A stretch of DNA of 64,000 nucleotides from Ranitomeya imitator (taxonomy: Eukaryota). The stretch lies in the NCBI RefSeq assembly GCF_032444005.1, contig NC_091286.1:575236001-575300000 (forward strand), in the 5' to 3' direction. The translations under genes were made by a program, and so were the position numbers. Positions 43,437 to 56,901 of this stretch are shown in pieces. The notes below the pieces were generated by a model that was not told the DNA's origin, made no database searches, and worked only from the letters and a program-made list of their open reading frames with translations. Within the stretch, counting starts at the first letter, position 1; every line of letters begins with the position of its first letter.

Positions 43437-46126
43437 TGTTGTGAATTCTGTGGCAGAGCTCCCTCCTGTGGTCACAAGTGGTACTTCGGCTGATTCTGTC
43501 TATGAGCTTCCGTTGGTGGATGTGAGTGGTACTGCGGCTTCTGAGTTTCCTTCCTCAGGTGATGTGGTGAAGTCGTTAAGTGCTGCTCTATTTAACTCCA
43601 CCTAGTGCTTTGCTCCTGGCCTCCAGTCAATGTTCTAGTATTGGTCTTGCTTCCTCCTGGATCGTTCCTGTGGCCTGTCTGCTCTGCATAAGCTAAGTTT
43701 TGCTTGTGTTATTTTTGTTTGCTATTTTTTCTGTCCAGCTTGCATTATTGGTTTTTCTTGCTTGCTGGAAGCTCTGGGACGCAGAGGGAGCACCTCCGTA
43801 CCGTTAGTCGGTGCGGAGGGTCTTTTTGCCCCCTCTGCGTGGTTGTTTGTAGGGTTTTGTGTTGACCGCAAAGCTATCTTTCCTATCCTCGGTCTGTTCA
43901 GTAAGTCGGGCCTCACTTTGCTAAATCTATTTCATCTCTGCGTTTGTATTTTCATCTCAACTCACAGTCATTATATGTGGGGGGCTGCCTTTTCCTTTGG
44001 GGTATCTCTCTGAGGCAAGATAGGCTTATTTTTCTATCTTCAGGGCTAGCTAGTTTCTCAGGCTGTGCTCGAGGCGCATAGGTCTGGTCAGGAGCGCTCC
44101 ACGGCTACCTCTAGTGTGGTTGGATAGGATTAGGGATTGCGGTCAGCAGAGTTCCCACGTCTCAGAGCTCATCCTATGTTTTTTGGTAATTGTCAGGTCA
44201 CTTTGTGTGCTCTGAACTTCAATGTCCATTGTGGTTCTGAATTACCTGTTCATAACAGATATGTCCCCTCTTTGGAGACGTCTTTATGGATTTTCCAATT
44301 TTTCTCTATGACAATGGGGGTCCAGTAAAGCAAGAAAAAGCTGAAAAAGACCCCCAAAATGATACCTATTTGTTTTCATATCCTCCATATTCAGGTACAC
44401 AGTACTCTCCTTAGAGACTCAGTAAAGATGTCTCAAGTTAGCATACTGCTGATGATCCCCAGAATACCAAGCACAGATGTCCAAATAAAGTGGACCTTCA
44501 ATAGTATATGTTTTATGGCCGAGATGCTTTTTCTTTTGCTGCTGTATTGTGCATAGAAGCATATGAGCCGAATATTCTGCATGGTGTGAGCTCTACATAG
44601 TTCTCCTTGATCAGTGTGTCTTGTGCTCAGCTTATTCATATAGAGAGGATTTTTTTTACATCCATGTATGGCTCTTTGTAGGAAGCAGAATCTGAATATT
44701 TGTGGAGCGGACACCGCAGCCTTAGTTGCATTACTCAGTGCTGGAGCATTAGCCACGCCGTGACAGACTCTATTTTAGACTCTCATTGAGCAATAATTGC
44801 TCTTTGCTGTAAAATCTTATCTTTGCATGTGTTCTTTCTTCGTCATTGTCTTCTCTCCAGCCCCCTTTGCATCCCCACATCCTCTCTTCTTTCTCTCTTG
44901 TCCATTTACTCCCGTTCTTCCGGAAGCAGGAAGTTAATTTTAAGGAACTTCCACAAAGTCTCTAAGAACAAAAGATTCTTGGAAAGTTCATCAGATGTGG
45001 CCTGGATATCACTCAGCAACCTTACGTCAAACAAACATCTACCAACCCAAAAATTCTCCCATCGCCATCAGTGTACCCAAAGGTCATTCACCACCAACCC
45101 ATCCAGCTTCTTAACTTTACATTGTGTGATGCTTGGCCACAAAGTGAAGTTCAATTTGGCTAAAATAATCTCTTGATGCTGATTGCCAATTAATGACTCA
45201 GATGTTGACTGAAGTGTCCTAAAATAAGTCAGGCTTAATTTACTTGTTACTTAGGAATTTTTTTTTGTTTTTAAATGCTGCTTTGTGAGACGCACTGGCA
45301 TTTAACTGGCACAATCAAGCGATCCGAAGCTTCAGATGGACAGTGCACCACCTGCCAACAACATGTATTTTCTTAGAAGTCATAGACAATCAATGAATGA
45401 CATCATTTATACAATCTCTATCCATTACAAAAATAAACTGTTCTCACTGCGGTGTTGTGCTGTTTTGAAAAGTTTTGCAAAATGTATGGAACAGACCAAA
45501 TTAATTGTCTGCCTTCACAAGCCTCCCGCTATAAACAGGTTTATATCACAACTTAATCCTAAGCTTGACTAAGCATGACTTATCTATGCTTTTCAATATA
45601 CTGTAATTAAAAGACACTTCTATGGAACAGTGTTCTATGGGACAGTTTGGCTAATATTCACATTCACATTGGAAAGTTCTTCCAACATTCAGCATTTGCC
45701 ATGTGTACATTATATATGAAACTACAAAAACAAGGACACAAAAAAAATCAGATAAACATTCCTCAAAATATCCACTAAGGCGAGATTCATATAAAATTTG
45801 AGCAGAGAAATTATCTGGATGTGTATGTGTTTCGGCATCTGTTTGGCTGCTTTATAACATTCTGTAAACTTTAATGAAAATTTAAAAAAAGAAAAAACTA
45901 CACAGAACCATCAATACATGGCCCTTTGCTTTTATTACAACTTTAATTGCATATCTTTTTTTTTAAGAACATGAAGACATAGGTCGCTCCTAAACATATT
46001 TAATATTAGTCTTGGTTCTAAGGTGGAATTTCACGTGAATCCAAACACCTTGAGATTCGATGCACACTGCTGAAGCAAAAAGAGTTTTGTTAATGTCTTT
46101 TTACATGACCGTGCAGGCCTCCCCAT

Positions 46127-48708
46127 CAGGGCCGAGGTCTTCACCCGGGCAAGTGCCGAGGCCCCGAGCAAGCAGGGGCAGCCCACTAGCTGTCAGGGGC
46201 ACCGGAATGCTATGGGGCCTGTGAGTACTTTAAACTGTTTGAAATACTCACCTCTCCTCGTTCCCCGATGGCTGCACGTCAGTTCTCTTCCGCGTCTTTT
46301 GACTCTCTGACATCTCAGGGGCCCATTCTGTATGGAGCATTATATGGGGTCCATTATTTTGTATGGGGCAATATACAGGGTTCATTATTCTGTATGGAGC
46401 ATTACATGGAGCCCATTATTCTACATGCATTATTATATGGGGTCCATTATTCTGTATGGAGCAATTTATGGGGCCCATTCTGTATGGAACATTATATGGG
46501 GCCCATTCTGTATGTAGGAATATATTAGGCTTAGTATTCTGTATGGAACATTATATGGGGCCCATTCTGTATGTAGGAATATATTAGGCTTAGTATTTTG
46601 TATGGAGCATTATATGGGGCCCATTCTGTATGTAGGAATGTATTAGGCTTAGTATTCTGTATGGAACATTATATGGGGCCCATTCTGTATGTAGGAATAT
46701 ATTAGGCTTAGTATTCTGTATGGGGCATTATATGGGGCCTATTATTCTGTTAATGCAGTATATGGGGCCCATTATTCTGTACTGGGCATTATATGGGCCC
46801 ATTATTCTGTATGGAGCATTATATGGTGTCCATTATTTTGTATGGAGCATTATATTGGGCCAATTATTCTGTATGGAGTGTTATATGGGGCCCATTATTC
46901 AATATGGAGCATTATACGAGGCCCATTATTCTGTATGTAGCATTATATGGGCCCATTCTGTATGGAGCATTATACAGGGTCCATTATTCTATATGAATCA
47001 ATATATGGGGCTCATTATTATGTGTGGACCATGATATGGGGCCCATTATTCTATTTGAAGCATTATATGGGGTCCATTATTTTGTATGGAGCAGTATATG
47101 AGATCAATTATTCTGTATGGAGCATTATATAGGGCCCATTCTGTATGGAGCATTATATGGAGCCCATTATTCTACATGCATTATTATATGGGGTCCATTA
47201 TTCTGTATAGAGCAATTTATGGGGTCCATTCTGTATGGAACATTATATGGGGCCCATTCTGTATGTAGGAATATATTAGGCTTAGTATTCTGTATGGGGC
47301 ATTATATGGGGCCTATTATTCTGTTAATGCATTATATGGGGCCCATTATTCTGTATTGGGCATTATATGGGCCCATTATTCTGTATGGAGCATTATATGG
47401 TGTCCATTATTTTGTATGGAGCATTATATTGGGCCAATTATTCTGTATGGAGTGTTATATGGGGCCCATTATTCTGTATGTAGCATTATATGGGCCCATT
47501 CTGTATGGAGCATTATACAGGGTCCATTATTCTATATGAAGCAATATATGGGGCTCATTATTTTGTGTGGACCATGATATGGGGCCCATTATTCTATTTG
47601 AAGCATTATATTGGGTCCATTATTTTGTATGGAGCAGTATATGAGATCAATTATTCTGTATGGATAATTATATAGGGCCCATTCTGTATGGAGCATTATA
47701 TGGGGCCCATTCTCTATAGAGGAATATATAAGGCTTATTATTCTGTATGGAGTATTATAAGGGGCACATTATTCTGTATTGGACATTATATAGGGCCCAT
47801 TATTTTGTATGGAGCATTATATGGGGCCCATTCTGTATGGAGCATTATATGGGGCCCATTCTGTATGGAGGAATATATGAGGCTTATTATTCTGTATGGA
47901 GCATTATAAGGGGCCCATTATTCTGTATTGGACATTATATAGGGCCCACTATTTTGTATGGAGCATTATATTGGGTCCATTATTCTGTATGGAGCATTGT
48001 ATTGGGCCCATTATTTTGTATGGAGCATTATTTGAGGCCCGTTATTCTGTATCTAGCATTATATGGTGCCCATTCTGTATGGCGCATTATATGGGGTCCA
48101 TTATTCTTTATGGAGCACATTATTATGTGTGGACCATGATATGGGGCCCATTATTCTATATGAAGCATTATATAAGGTCCACTCTTTTGTATTGAGCAAT
48201 ATATGGGGACCATTACTCAGTATGGAGCACTATATGGGGCTCATTATACTGTATGGAGCAATATATGAGGCTCATTATACTGTATGGAGAAATATATGGG
48301 GCTCATTATACTGTACGGAAGACTGTGCCGTGCCGATAATACTGTATGGATGACTATGTGGTGCCCATAATACTGTGGGGATGACTATGTGGTGCACATA
48401 ATACTGTATGGATGACTATGTGGTGCCCATAATACTGTATGGATGACTATGTGGTGCCCATAATACTGTATGGAGCACTATGTGGTGCATATAATACTGT
48501 ATGGAGGACTATACTGTCTGGTTTCTGAGCTATTGTGTAATTTTCAATAGATATCACTCATGTAATGTAAGAAGTAAGTGAAATCTTTGGCATTGTACTA
48601 TACCTATATTTCTCTGCCATATCTGTGCATCATGAATTGTGGTATGTGTTAAAGGGGCCCACTGAGGCTCTTTTGCCTGGGGTCCACAAAAACCTGGAGC
48701 CGGCCCTG
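46127..48708. mobile_element. Non-autonomous hAT-type element filled with a minisatellite
   Basis: TIR CAGGGCCG/CGGCCCTG and exact 8-bp TSD CTCCCCAT (46119-46126, 48709-48716). Confidence 0.85.
46320..48505. repeat. Degenerate ~29-bp minisatellite (TATGGGGCCCATTATTCTGTATGGAGCAT)n with higher-order blocks
   Basis: Tandem units; a ~60-bp block repeated about 4 times at ~46490-46720; a ~550-bp block duplicated (~46720-47130 vs ~47295-47670). Confidence 0.93.
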
Positions 48709-50033
48709 CTCCCCATAATGCCCTGCAGTTATGACATTGACATCTAACTGATTATGGTGCCTTGTGCAGTGGTGGTCAGTACCAGGGCCATCACAGATCA
48801 GCGGTTTCCAGAGGAGCACAATTTGTACGGAAGAGTCGTTTTCCATTCCACAGTTACTGGGTGAGGCCTCGCTCCCACTTGCGCTGAGAGCAATGTGATC
48901 AAAAAATCGCAGTGCACTCTGACCAATGTTATTTAATGAGACAATATTTATCTGTGAGTTTTTCCTCAGCTGGAATCGGGCTGAGGAAAAATCACAACAT
49001 GCAGCCATTTCACTCCAAATTCGGATGGGTGTGAGAAAAAAAAATCACATGCCATACAGACCATCAGTGGCACATCCGATTATTACAGATACATTACAAT
49101 TTGATAATATAGGAAACTGTAAATGGTCCTGTAAAAGATTAATAGCTGCTGAGTAAAAAAACAATTGTATATGGACTGCACACGGATGACAAGTGAGAGA
49201 ATATTGTCTCACTTTTCTGTAAGAGAATGGGACTGATTTTTATACACAAGTTTGAGTGTAAGACCTTATGGTCAGCCGGGACCTTTCTCTCTCTCTTTAT
49301 CCTCTGTATTCTCTAAGCAATTAATTTTTTTCCAATATTGAGATTCGTGCAAATTTATTAAATGCAAATAGATTTTTCTGGAGGAAAATTTGGCGAAACT
49401 GGCTAATTCGAATTTCAAAAGAGCTGCTAATCTCTGGTGCCCAGGACATTGCTCTGAGAACACCAACATCTTCTTTGTTGGATAAGGATTTCTCCATTTT
49501 TACATGATCTAACTGATATCTTTCTTTTCCTCTTCAAACATTTTCTGGAGGGTTTTTCATTGTTTGTCACTATCCAAATTCATGATACATTCAATCTAAC
49601 ACAAGTCACAAACTCCAAATGTTTTTTTATATTCACAAACTAGAACCACCAGTTCCCCACCACCGCTTGTGTGACAGTAGGGGATATGGTTGAAGAATCC
49701 GTCTAGGCTTCATTATATCCTATTCTTAATATCTCAAGCTTAGACTCTTTAGATTAATAAACTTTATTCTACAGCTGATTAATTTTTTTTTCTCACTACT
49801 AGGTTCTTAACAACTGCACTTCCTCCCAGTCCCATTGCATAGATTTGACTTCTCACGTTTGGAGCATGTACAGAAGCAGCTTGGCATTTCTTCAGATCTG
49901 AAGCTAGGATGGAGCTTGATAATTTCCTATAGATCAAAGATGGAGTATTTTCTACTATTTATCTGATGGTAACAGTTCTGTGGTCCTTAGAAACCCTATC
50001 TTCTTAATTCAATTAAACAATTAGTTTGACTTA

Positions 50034-50746
50034 GGGTACCGTCACACAGTGGCACTTTTGTCGCTACGACGGTACGATTCGTGACGTTCCAGCGATATCC
50101 ATACGATATCGCTGTGTCTGACACGCAGCAGCGATCAGGGATCCTGCTGAGAATCGTACGTCGTAGCAGATCGTTTGGAACATTCTTTCGTCGCTGGATC
50201 TCCCGCTGTCATCGCTAGATCGGTGTGTGTGACACCGATCTAGCGATGCGTTCGCTTGTAACCAGAGTAAACATCGGGTTACTAAGCGCAGGACCGCGCT
50301 TAGTAACCCAATGTTTACCCTGGTTACCAGCGTAAATGTAAAAAAAAAAAAACAGTACATACTTACATTCTGGTATCCGTCAGGTCCCTTGCCGTCTGCT
50401 TCCCGCACTCACTGACTGCCGGCCGCTGTGCTGTGCTTTCACTTTACGGCCGGCAGTCAGTGAGTGCGGGAAGCAGACGGCAAGGGACAGACACCGGAAT
50501 GTAAGTATGTACTGTTTGTTTGTTTCTTACGCTGGTAACCAGGGTAAACATCGGGTTACTAAGCGCGGTCCTGCGCTTAGTAACCCGATGTTTACCCTGG
50601 TTACCCGGGGACCTCAGCATCGTTGGTCGCTGGAGAGCTGTCTGTGTGACAGCTCTCCAGCGACCACACTACGACTTACCAACGATCACGGCCAGGTCGT
50701 ATCGCTGGTCGTGATCGTTGGTAAATCGTATAGTGTGACGGTACCC
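50034..50746. mobile_element. Harbinger-type palindromic MITE
   Basis: TIR GGGTACCGTCACAC, TTA on both sides; the right TTA is shared with the next element. Confidence 0.9.
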
Positions 50747-51059
50747 TTAGGCCGGGGTCACACTCAGCGTAGGGAAATACGGTCCGTTTTTTACTGGCAT
50801 AATACCCAGAAAAGATCCCAAAACAGTGATCCGTATGTCATCCATAGGCAGGGTGTGGCTGCGTATTTTACGCATGTCATCCTCCGTATGTAATCCGTAT
50901 GGCATCCGTACTGCGTTTTTTTCTCGCAACCTGAAATTAAGCCTGAAATTAATTTAAATCAGCATAAATCTATTTAAGGCCTCTCCAACAGGTGCAACCC
51001 TCCCATATGGCCATTTTGTTGCTGTGCTTGTGTAGGTGTTTTTGTGGTACTTGGGCAAC

Positions 51060-52562
51060 ATGTGTGACCTCCTGCATTTCACACCAACTCAGCGGGTGTT
51101 ATTTAATTGGGTCTTGTCACGCCGCTTTGGGCAGCCATACCATGTGATAGTTGATCCGCTAAGGAGGAGAAGAAGAATGTGGGTGCATCCACTTTTGCGG
51201 CAACGCCTCACTAAAGGGCATTTTAACAGGCTCTATTCATCTCTGCAGACACATCCAGACAAATTCTTCCAGTACTGTCGCATGACAATACCCACCTTTG
51301 ATATCTTGTTGGAGACAGTACGTCCTGGAATAACCTATCAGGATACCAGGATGCGGAAATGCATATCCGCAGAGGAGCGTCTTCTCCTTACCTTATGTAT
51401 TCACCATCCTCTCATACTGTATGTTGATGATGTTTTTTTCCCTATTTTGATTTTCTAAGCATAAGATTTAAATTATATTTTTCAATGTTAACAAAATCTT
51501 AAACAAATATGTAGTTAATGTAAAATGTAGGTAGCCAGTGTACATTTTGTAAGGTACACTGGTATCCTGCCTTTTTATATCCTCATATTACTTGGCTTTA
51601 CTATGGATTTTAACAAGCATTGTAACATTACTAATATTTTATTTTTGTTGTGTGCTTTCAGATTCCTGTCAACTGGATTATTTTATGCCGGAATACATCT
51701 GGAATTTCTGATTGGGAGGTCCACTATTTCTGGCATTGTGCGTGATACATGTGGTCGAATATGGGGCAAATTACATGAACTTGTGATGCCGGAGCCCAAA
51801 AGGGAGGATTGGCTGAAAATAGCCCGTGGATTTACTGACTCTTGTGATTTTTCTCACTGTATTGGAGCCCTGGATGGGAAACATATCAGGGTGCGTAAGC
51901 CGCCGAACTCGGGCTTCCAATTCTACAATTATAAGCAGTTTTTCTCTGTAGTTCTGTTAGCTGTAATTGACAGTAACTACAGGTTTATAATTGTAGATAT
52001 TGGGGCCTATGGGCGAACTGGAGACTCTAGAGTCTTCAATGCGTCCATTATGGGTCGGCGGCTACGTAAAAACCTGTTGGACCTCCCACCACCACGACAA
52101 CTCCCAGGCTCCAATGCTGAAGCAGTCCCTTATGTACTTGTGGCAGATGAGGCCTTCCAATTGACCAGGCATGTCATGAGACCTTATCCCCGGCGCAACC
52201 TGGACCACCGGCGGTGGGTGTTTAATGTCAGACATTCACGGGCGCGGCGAATGGTGGAGTGCGCCTTTGGCATTATGGCATCCAAATGGCATGTCCTCCA
52301 GTCTGCCATTCAGCTGAGTGAGGCAAATGTTAATGAAGTCATTAAAGCTTGTGTTGTTATACACAACTTCACAAGAATTCATGAGTGTTCTTCAGCAGAC
52401 AGTGGTGAAGGCATGTTGTCCAATGTGGGTAGTCCTACACCACAAGTTCTTCCTCAGTGGTGTCCCCTTTCTGGCCTAAAAGTTAGGGATATTTATACCA
52501 ATTATTTTCTTTCTCCTCAGGGTGCTGCTCCCTGGCAAGATAATGTTGTCACTATGTTGTAA
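51060..52562 (+). CDS. Harbinger DDE transposase, two exons (~51060-51397 and 51662-52562); first splice donor looks damaged
   Basis: WVHP..R, FFQYCRM and ISAEERL in exon 1. After the AG acceptor at 51660-51661: FLSTG, GALDGKHI, YNYKQFFS, ADEAF, RRMVECAFG. Confidence 0.85.
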
Positions 52563-52984
52563 TTTTTTTGGTTATAAAATTCACTTTTGATACCGGTATA
52601 TTTAAAAATTTTATAATAATGATTTGTCAAACACAAAGAAATTGGCTTGGTAATTTTTTTTTTTATAAATGATATGATATATGATTTGTTTTTATAGCAA
52701 CCATATTTACTTCATATAGCTTTTGGGGCCATTTTAACTTGGCCAAAGTGTAAAAAAAAAACAACACATTGCTATCACAGCAGATTAAATAATTTGGGGA
52801 CATAACACAAAATTATCAACAGGAAAATATTTTGTAAAGATTCTGATACGTTGGTGGACATGATGGCGGTAGTTTGGGTTGCTGCTCTTGTGGCCTTTGT
52901 TGGGCCAATTGTCCTTCACCCTGTTGGTGAGTTCTCTGTTGGGCCTGCTCCAAAATCCGACCATGCTCAGATTGATCATATGAG

Positions 52985-54688
52985 TACTGGCCATAAGTGT
53001 GGGTACTATGGGCATCATGACTAGAGTACACCTCACGGGAGTCATAACCCCCACCAATATGTCCATGTCATCCAAACCCAGGTTGGGACCAGCCTCCAAC
53101 ACTCGGTCTAGACAAGTGGCCATATTGGTAAGGATAATGGAAGGGAGCCATTTGGTATGGTGTAGGCACTGCTGGGTTATGTTGGGGAAAGGGTTGAGGT
53201 GTAGGCATTGGAGGGGTTATGTTGGGGAAAGGGTTGAGGTGTAGGCATACGTGGAGGAGGTGCTTCAAATCCCTCTTGAGCATACACTGGTTGATTTGTT
53301 GGCATACGCAGGGCATTACATGTTGACAGCTGTCAACTCTCAATGTACTGAAAAAAATCATAAGGGCTATTTGGGGGGGTGCATGCATCAAGAAGGATTT
53401 GAAAGCACCCTCTCACACGTAGCCTCACCTCACGGGGTATGGTACGGAGATATCGGCCAGGCTTCGAGAAAATGCCTCCTCACCATCATCATGAGCAGCC
53501 CTGGCCAAATAATTTAACACCACAGTGTCCACATTTCTTCGGGTTTCCATTATCCCTCTCCTTCTGCGGTCACAGCAGGCTGTGGGGAGGCCTCCAGCGG
53601 AACAGTGGGGCTGCTGCTGTGGCCAGGATCTTCAGGCATCCCTGAAGCTGGTGCATCTGTGGGTGGGGCTGCATCATCTGGGCCAGGTGGATGTTGACCA
53701 TGAGGGGCAGCCAAAGATGGATCCGGAGGGATGAACGTGGTAGGAGCCGTAGATGGTCCAGCCACCTCTTCTTCTCCTTCCCCAACAGGATCAATTAATG
53801 GCTCCGATTCGGACCCTGTTGTCTCCCTCTCAGTGAGGTTGGATTGTGTTCTGTTATGAAAAATTAAAAATTTACTTAGAAAAAATCATCTATGAGCATT
53901 CAAAACATATGTGTAATGTGGTGTGAGGTTTGTACTTACGGTCTGAGATCCATACTGGGATCCAGAAAGGACATTTGGTCAAAGTATATATATTTCCTTT
54001 TTGCAGCAGCAGATGACCCACTTCTGGAATGCTGCTGCCTTTCTCCCCGGTACTGGTCCCGAATGCTGCGCCAACGTCTCATAACATCTTCCACTGCAAT
54101 GACAAAGAAGCAAATAATGTATAAGGCCATTGTGCACAGTGGTACCACAAGGTGTCTGAGATTTCCCAGATTGTAATATGCCCAAGTAAGCTGCATTTCT
54201 AACTAAATATCTTCAATAATCAAATTTTACACACAAATCCCATAATACCATAAAAGTGAACACCATAGAATGTAAGTACACAAGGTCAGGGTCCTCTCCC
54301 CTCTATTCCAGTCTGTCATTGTCAATTTGATTACTGTAAGCGACATCAATAAACGCTGTACATAACCCCTTTCTCATGTCCAGCACCATTAAATAAATGG
54401 TGAAATATACATACAAATTCAGAATAAGGTAAAGAATAATATTGTTAAGATATTGTTCTTACGGCAGTTTTAAATATTAAATACTTGATAAACATGAGTG
54501 TACTTACTTATCTGCCTCTGTCCCTCACGTGTCCGCTGCTCATAATCTGGAAAAGGGATCCCACAGATGCTCCTCCAAGCAGCCTCTTTCCTTGCCCGGT
54601 TAGCGTAGTTGCAATCACGTTGGTCCCATATTTTTGGCCTTTCTTGGACCAGGACCAGGAGCATATCCACATTTATGATGCTTGCCAT
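52985..54688 (-). pseudogene. Harbinger MADF/Myb-like DNA-binding protein, three exons (54688-54508, 54093-53940, 53850-~52985), frameshifted in exon 3
   Basis: LVQERPKIWD...KEAAW...RRWRSIRDQY...KYIYFDQMSFL; GT-AG introns with matching phases 1 and 2; acidic and Pro-rich tail broken across frames. Confidence 0.82.
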
Positions 54689-55209
54689 GCTGCTTGCAAC
54701 TCCGTGGAGGTGTGCGGCAGACTTCCGGGATGTCTGTCTGGCTTTTTCAGCTAATTAGCATGTCTAAGCTTCCTGATTGAGGGCTTGGCACACTTTCTGT
54801 CACCTGGAGATGTCTGGCGTATTTTTCGCAAGTCACACTGCTGGTCCGTGTGTAATCCGTATTTTTTGCGCACCCATAGACTTGCATTGGCGGATTTTTT
54901 TGCACACTACGCTGACAAATCCAGCATGCTGCGATTTTCTACGGCTGTAAAAAATCTACGGCTGTGAAATATACGCCAGATAGAAGCTGCCCCATAGAGA
55001 ATCATTGGTCCATGTGAAATGCATAGTTTTTGCGCCTCTCATATGTCCGTAAAACTCTCTAGTGTGACGCCGGCCTTACAGTTTAAACGCTGCTCTTTTT
55101 ATTCCTTTGACTTTCCCCTTTTTTATCTCTTCAGATTTTCTAACTTCTCATCTCATCATCATTTTCATTGCTGTTTGTGTGAATATTTGTGTCTCTTTTG
55201 GAGGTTTAA

Positions 55210-55839
55210 AGGGAACCTGTCACCCCAAAAATCGAATATGAGCTAAGGCCACCAGCATTAGGGGCTTATCTACAGCAACCTGAAAGGTAAGAAAAACAGG
55301 CTATATTATACTCACCCAGGGGCGGTCCCGCTGTGGTCCGGTCTTATGGGCATCGCGGTCCGGGTCCAGCGACTCCCATCTTCATACAATGATGTCCTCT
55401 TCTTATCTTCCTGCAGCGGGCTCCAGTGCAGGCATACTTTGTCTGCCCTTTTAAGGGCAGAGCAAAGTACTGCAGTGCGCAGGCGCCGGGAAAGGTCAGA
55501 GAGGCTCGGCACCGGGAAAGGTCAGAGAGGCTCGGCGCCTGCGCACTGCAGTACTTTGCTCTGCCCTGAACAGGACAAAGTAAGCCTGTGCTGGAGCTGC
55601 AGCAGGAAGACAAGAAGAGGACGTCATCGTATGAAGATAGAAGGCGCCGGACCCGAACCGCGACGCCCATCGGACCCGAAACGAACTGGGACCGCCCCTG
55701 GGTGAGTATAATATAACCTGTTTTTCTTATCTTTCAGGTTACATTGGGGGCTTATCTACAGCATTACAGAATGCTGTAGATAAGCCCTTGATGCCGGTGG
55801 CCTTAGCTCATATCCGATTTTTGGGGTGACAGATTCCCT
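55210..55839. mobile_element. Kolobok/T2-type palindromic MITE
   Basis: TTAA TSD; AGGGAACCTGTCACCCC / GGGGTGACAGATTCCCT ends; long inverted arms. Confidence 0.87.
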
Positions 55840-56373
55840 TTAATTACTAGATAGATAATATCTGATAGTCAGGTGGAAGGCTGACTGCTGGGACCCCCCT
55901 GATCTCAGGACTGAAGGGTCCTAAATCCCCTTAATGATTTTTATAAGTGATTGAGCATGTGTGCTACTGCTCCAATAACTGTCTATGGAACTGCCAGAGA
56001 TCAAGCCCTGCCCTCAGCTATCTCGAGCAGTCCTTCAAAAAAAGAAGAATTTTGACCATCAATGAAATTCTTGCAATTGTCTCTCAGTTCAGTCAAAAGT
56101 CCCTGTGGAAGTCTTGCTGCTTAACAGATTAAAGACATCTATTTCAATTAATTATTGGTGCATGTATATAGAAAATGGTGCTAAAACCATAGAGTTTAAA
56201 GAGATTTTCTAAGATTTGATAAAATTGTCAGGTTTTTTTTCTCTAGAAATAGCACCACCATTGTTAATTCATTTAAAGGTGCATAAAAAAGATAAGCTTA
56301 CAAAAAAAAAGATTACACACAATTACTACTTTATAACTAAGAAGCAATGAGTTTTAGCTGGAGAGGCCCCTCA

Positions 56374-56853
56374 GGCTATGTTCACATGTCCAGTAATGAC
56401 CCTATATCATGGATCCTGCTCCAATCTATTGGCAAAAAGTTGAGCAGACAGAACTTTTTTGTCCATTTAAAAAAAACAACTGATTTCAACTGGATCTCTT
56501 TTTTAACATTGAAGTTTAAAGAAAACGGATCCGTTATTTAGCTATCCGATCCGATTTGTGCTTACTGTAGATGGAAAAATAAATATTAAACATCTACTAC
56601 TGGCCATGTGAGCCTTAATCATCAATTCAAAACTGATCCAGTAAGCGAAAAAAATGGATCCATTTCAAATGGGAGAACAACGGATGGATAATTAATAATT
56701 AGTTTTCCATACACTTCAATGTTTAAAAAAAAAAAACGAATCCAGCAGAATTTTTAAAATGGACAAAAAAAGTTGTGATTGCACAACTTTTTTGCCAACG
56801 GATTGCTGCTGGATCCATTCTAATGGGTGATTACTGGACATGTGAACATAGCC
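56374..56853. mobile_element. Harbinger-type MITE
   Basis: TIR GGCTATGTTCACATGTCCAGTAAT; flanks TCA and TTA. Confidence 0.8.
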
Positions 56854-56901
56854 TTATTGAAGTTATTCAACTTTGTTTTCTTAAAATGTAAAACAGAGTA
56901 A

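Larger units (their letters stand above)
37606..44257 (+). mobile_element. Chromodomain Ty3/Gypsy element (Tf1/sushi-like), full length but disrupted
   Basis: LTRs 37606-38425 and 43437-44257 (about 7 differences seen), PPT AAGGGGGGGTAC, GATATG on both flanks, gag-PR-RT-RH-INT-chromodomain order. Confidence 0.96.
50750..55075. mobile_element. Autonomous-type PIF/Harbinger transposon with two convergent genes, partly decayed
   Basis: TIR GGCCGG(G/C)GTCACACT (14/15 match), TTA TSD, transposase on + and MADF protein on -. Confidence 0.93.

Noticed and set aside
44395-45176. Short open frames and splice-like sites after the Gypsy 3' LTR
   Set aside because: No recognisable motif and no consistent exon chain.
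46268-48353. Repeat ORFs (MEHYMGPIILYG) and a superficially CRISPR-like periodicity
   Set aside because: Contiguous degenerate tandem units with no unique spacers and no cas genes, in a eukaryotic context.
49933-49968. 36-bp AG...GT segment (IKDGVFSTIYLM) as a host exon
   Set aside because: Plausible splice sites, but it cannot join in phase to the 57307 exon without a stop and has no other support.
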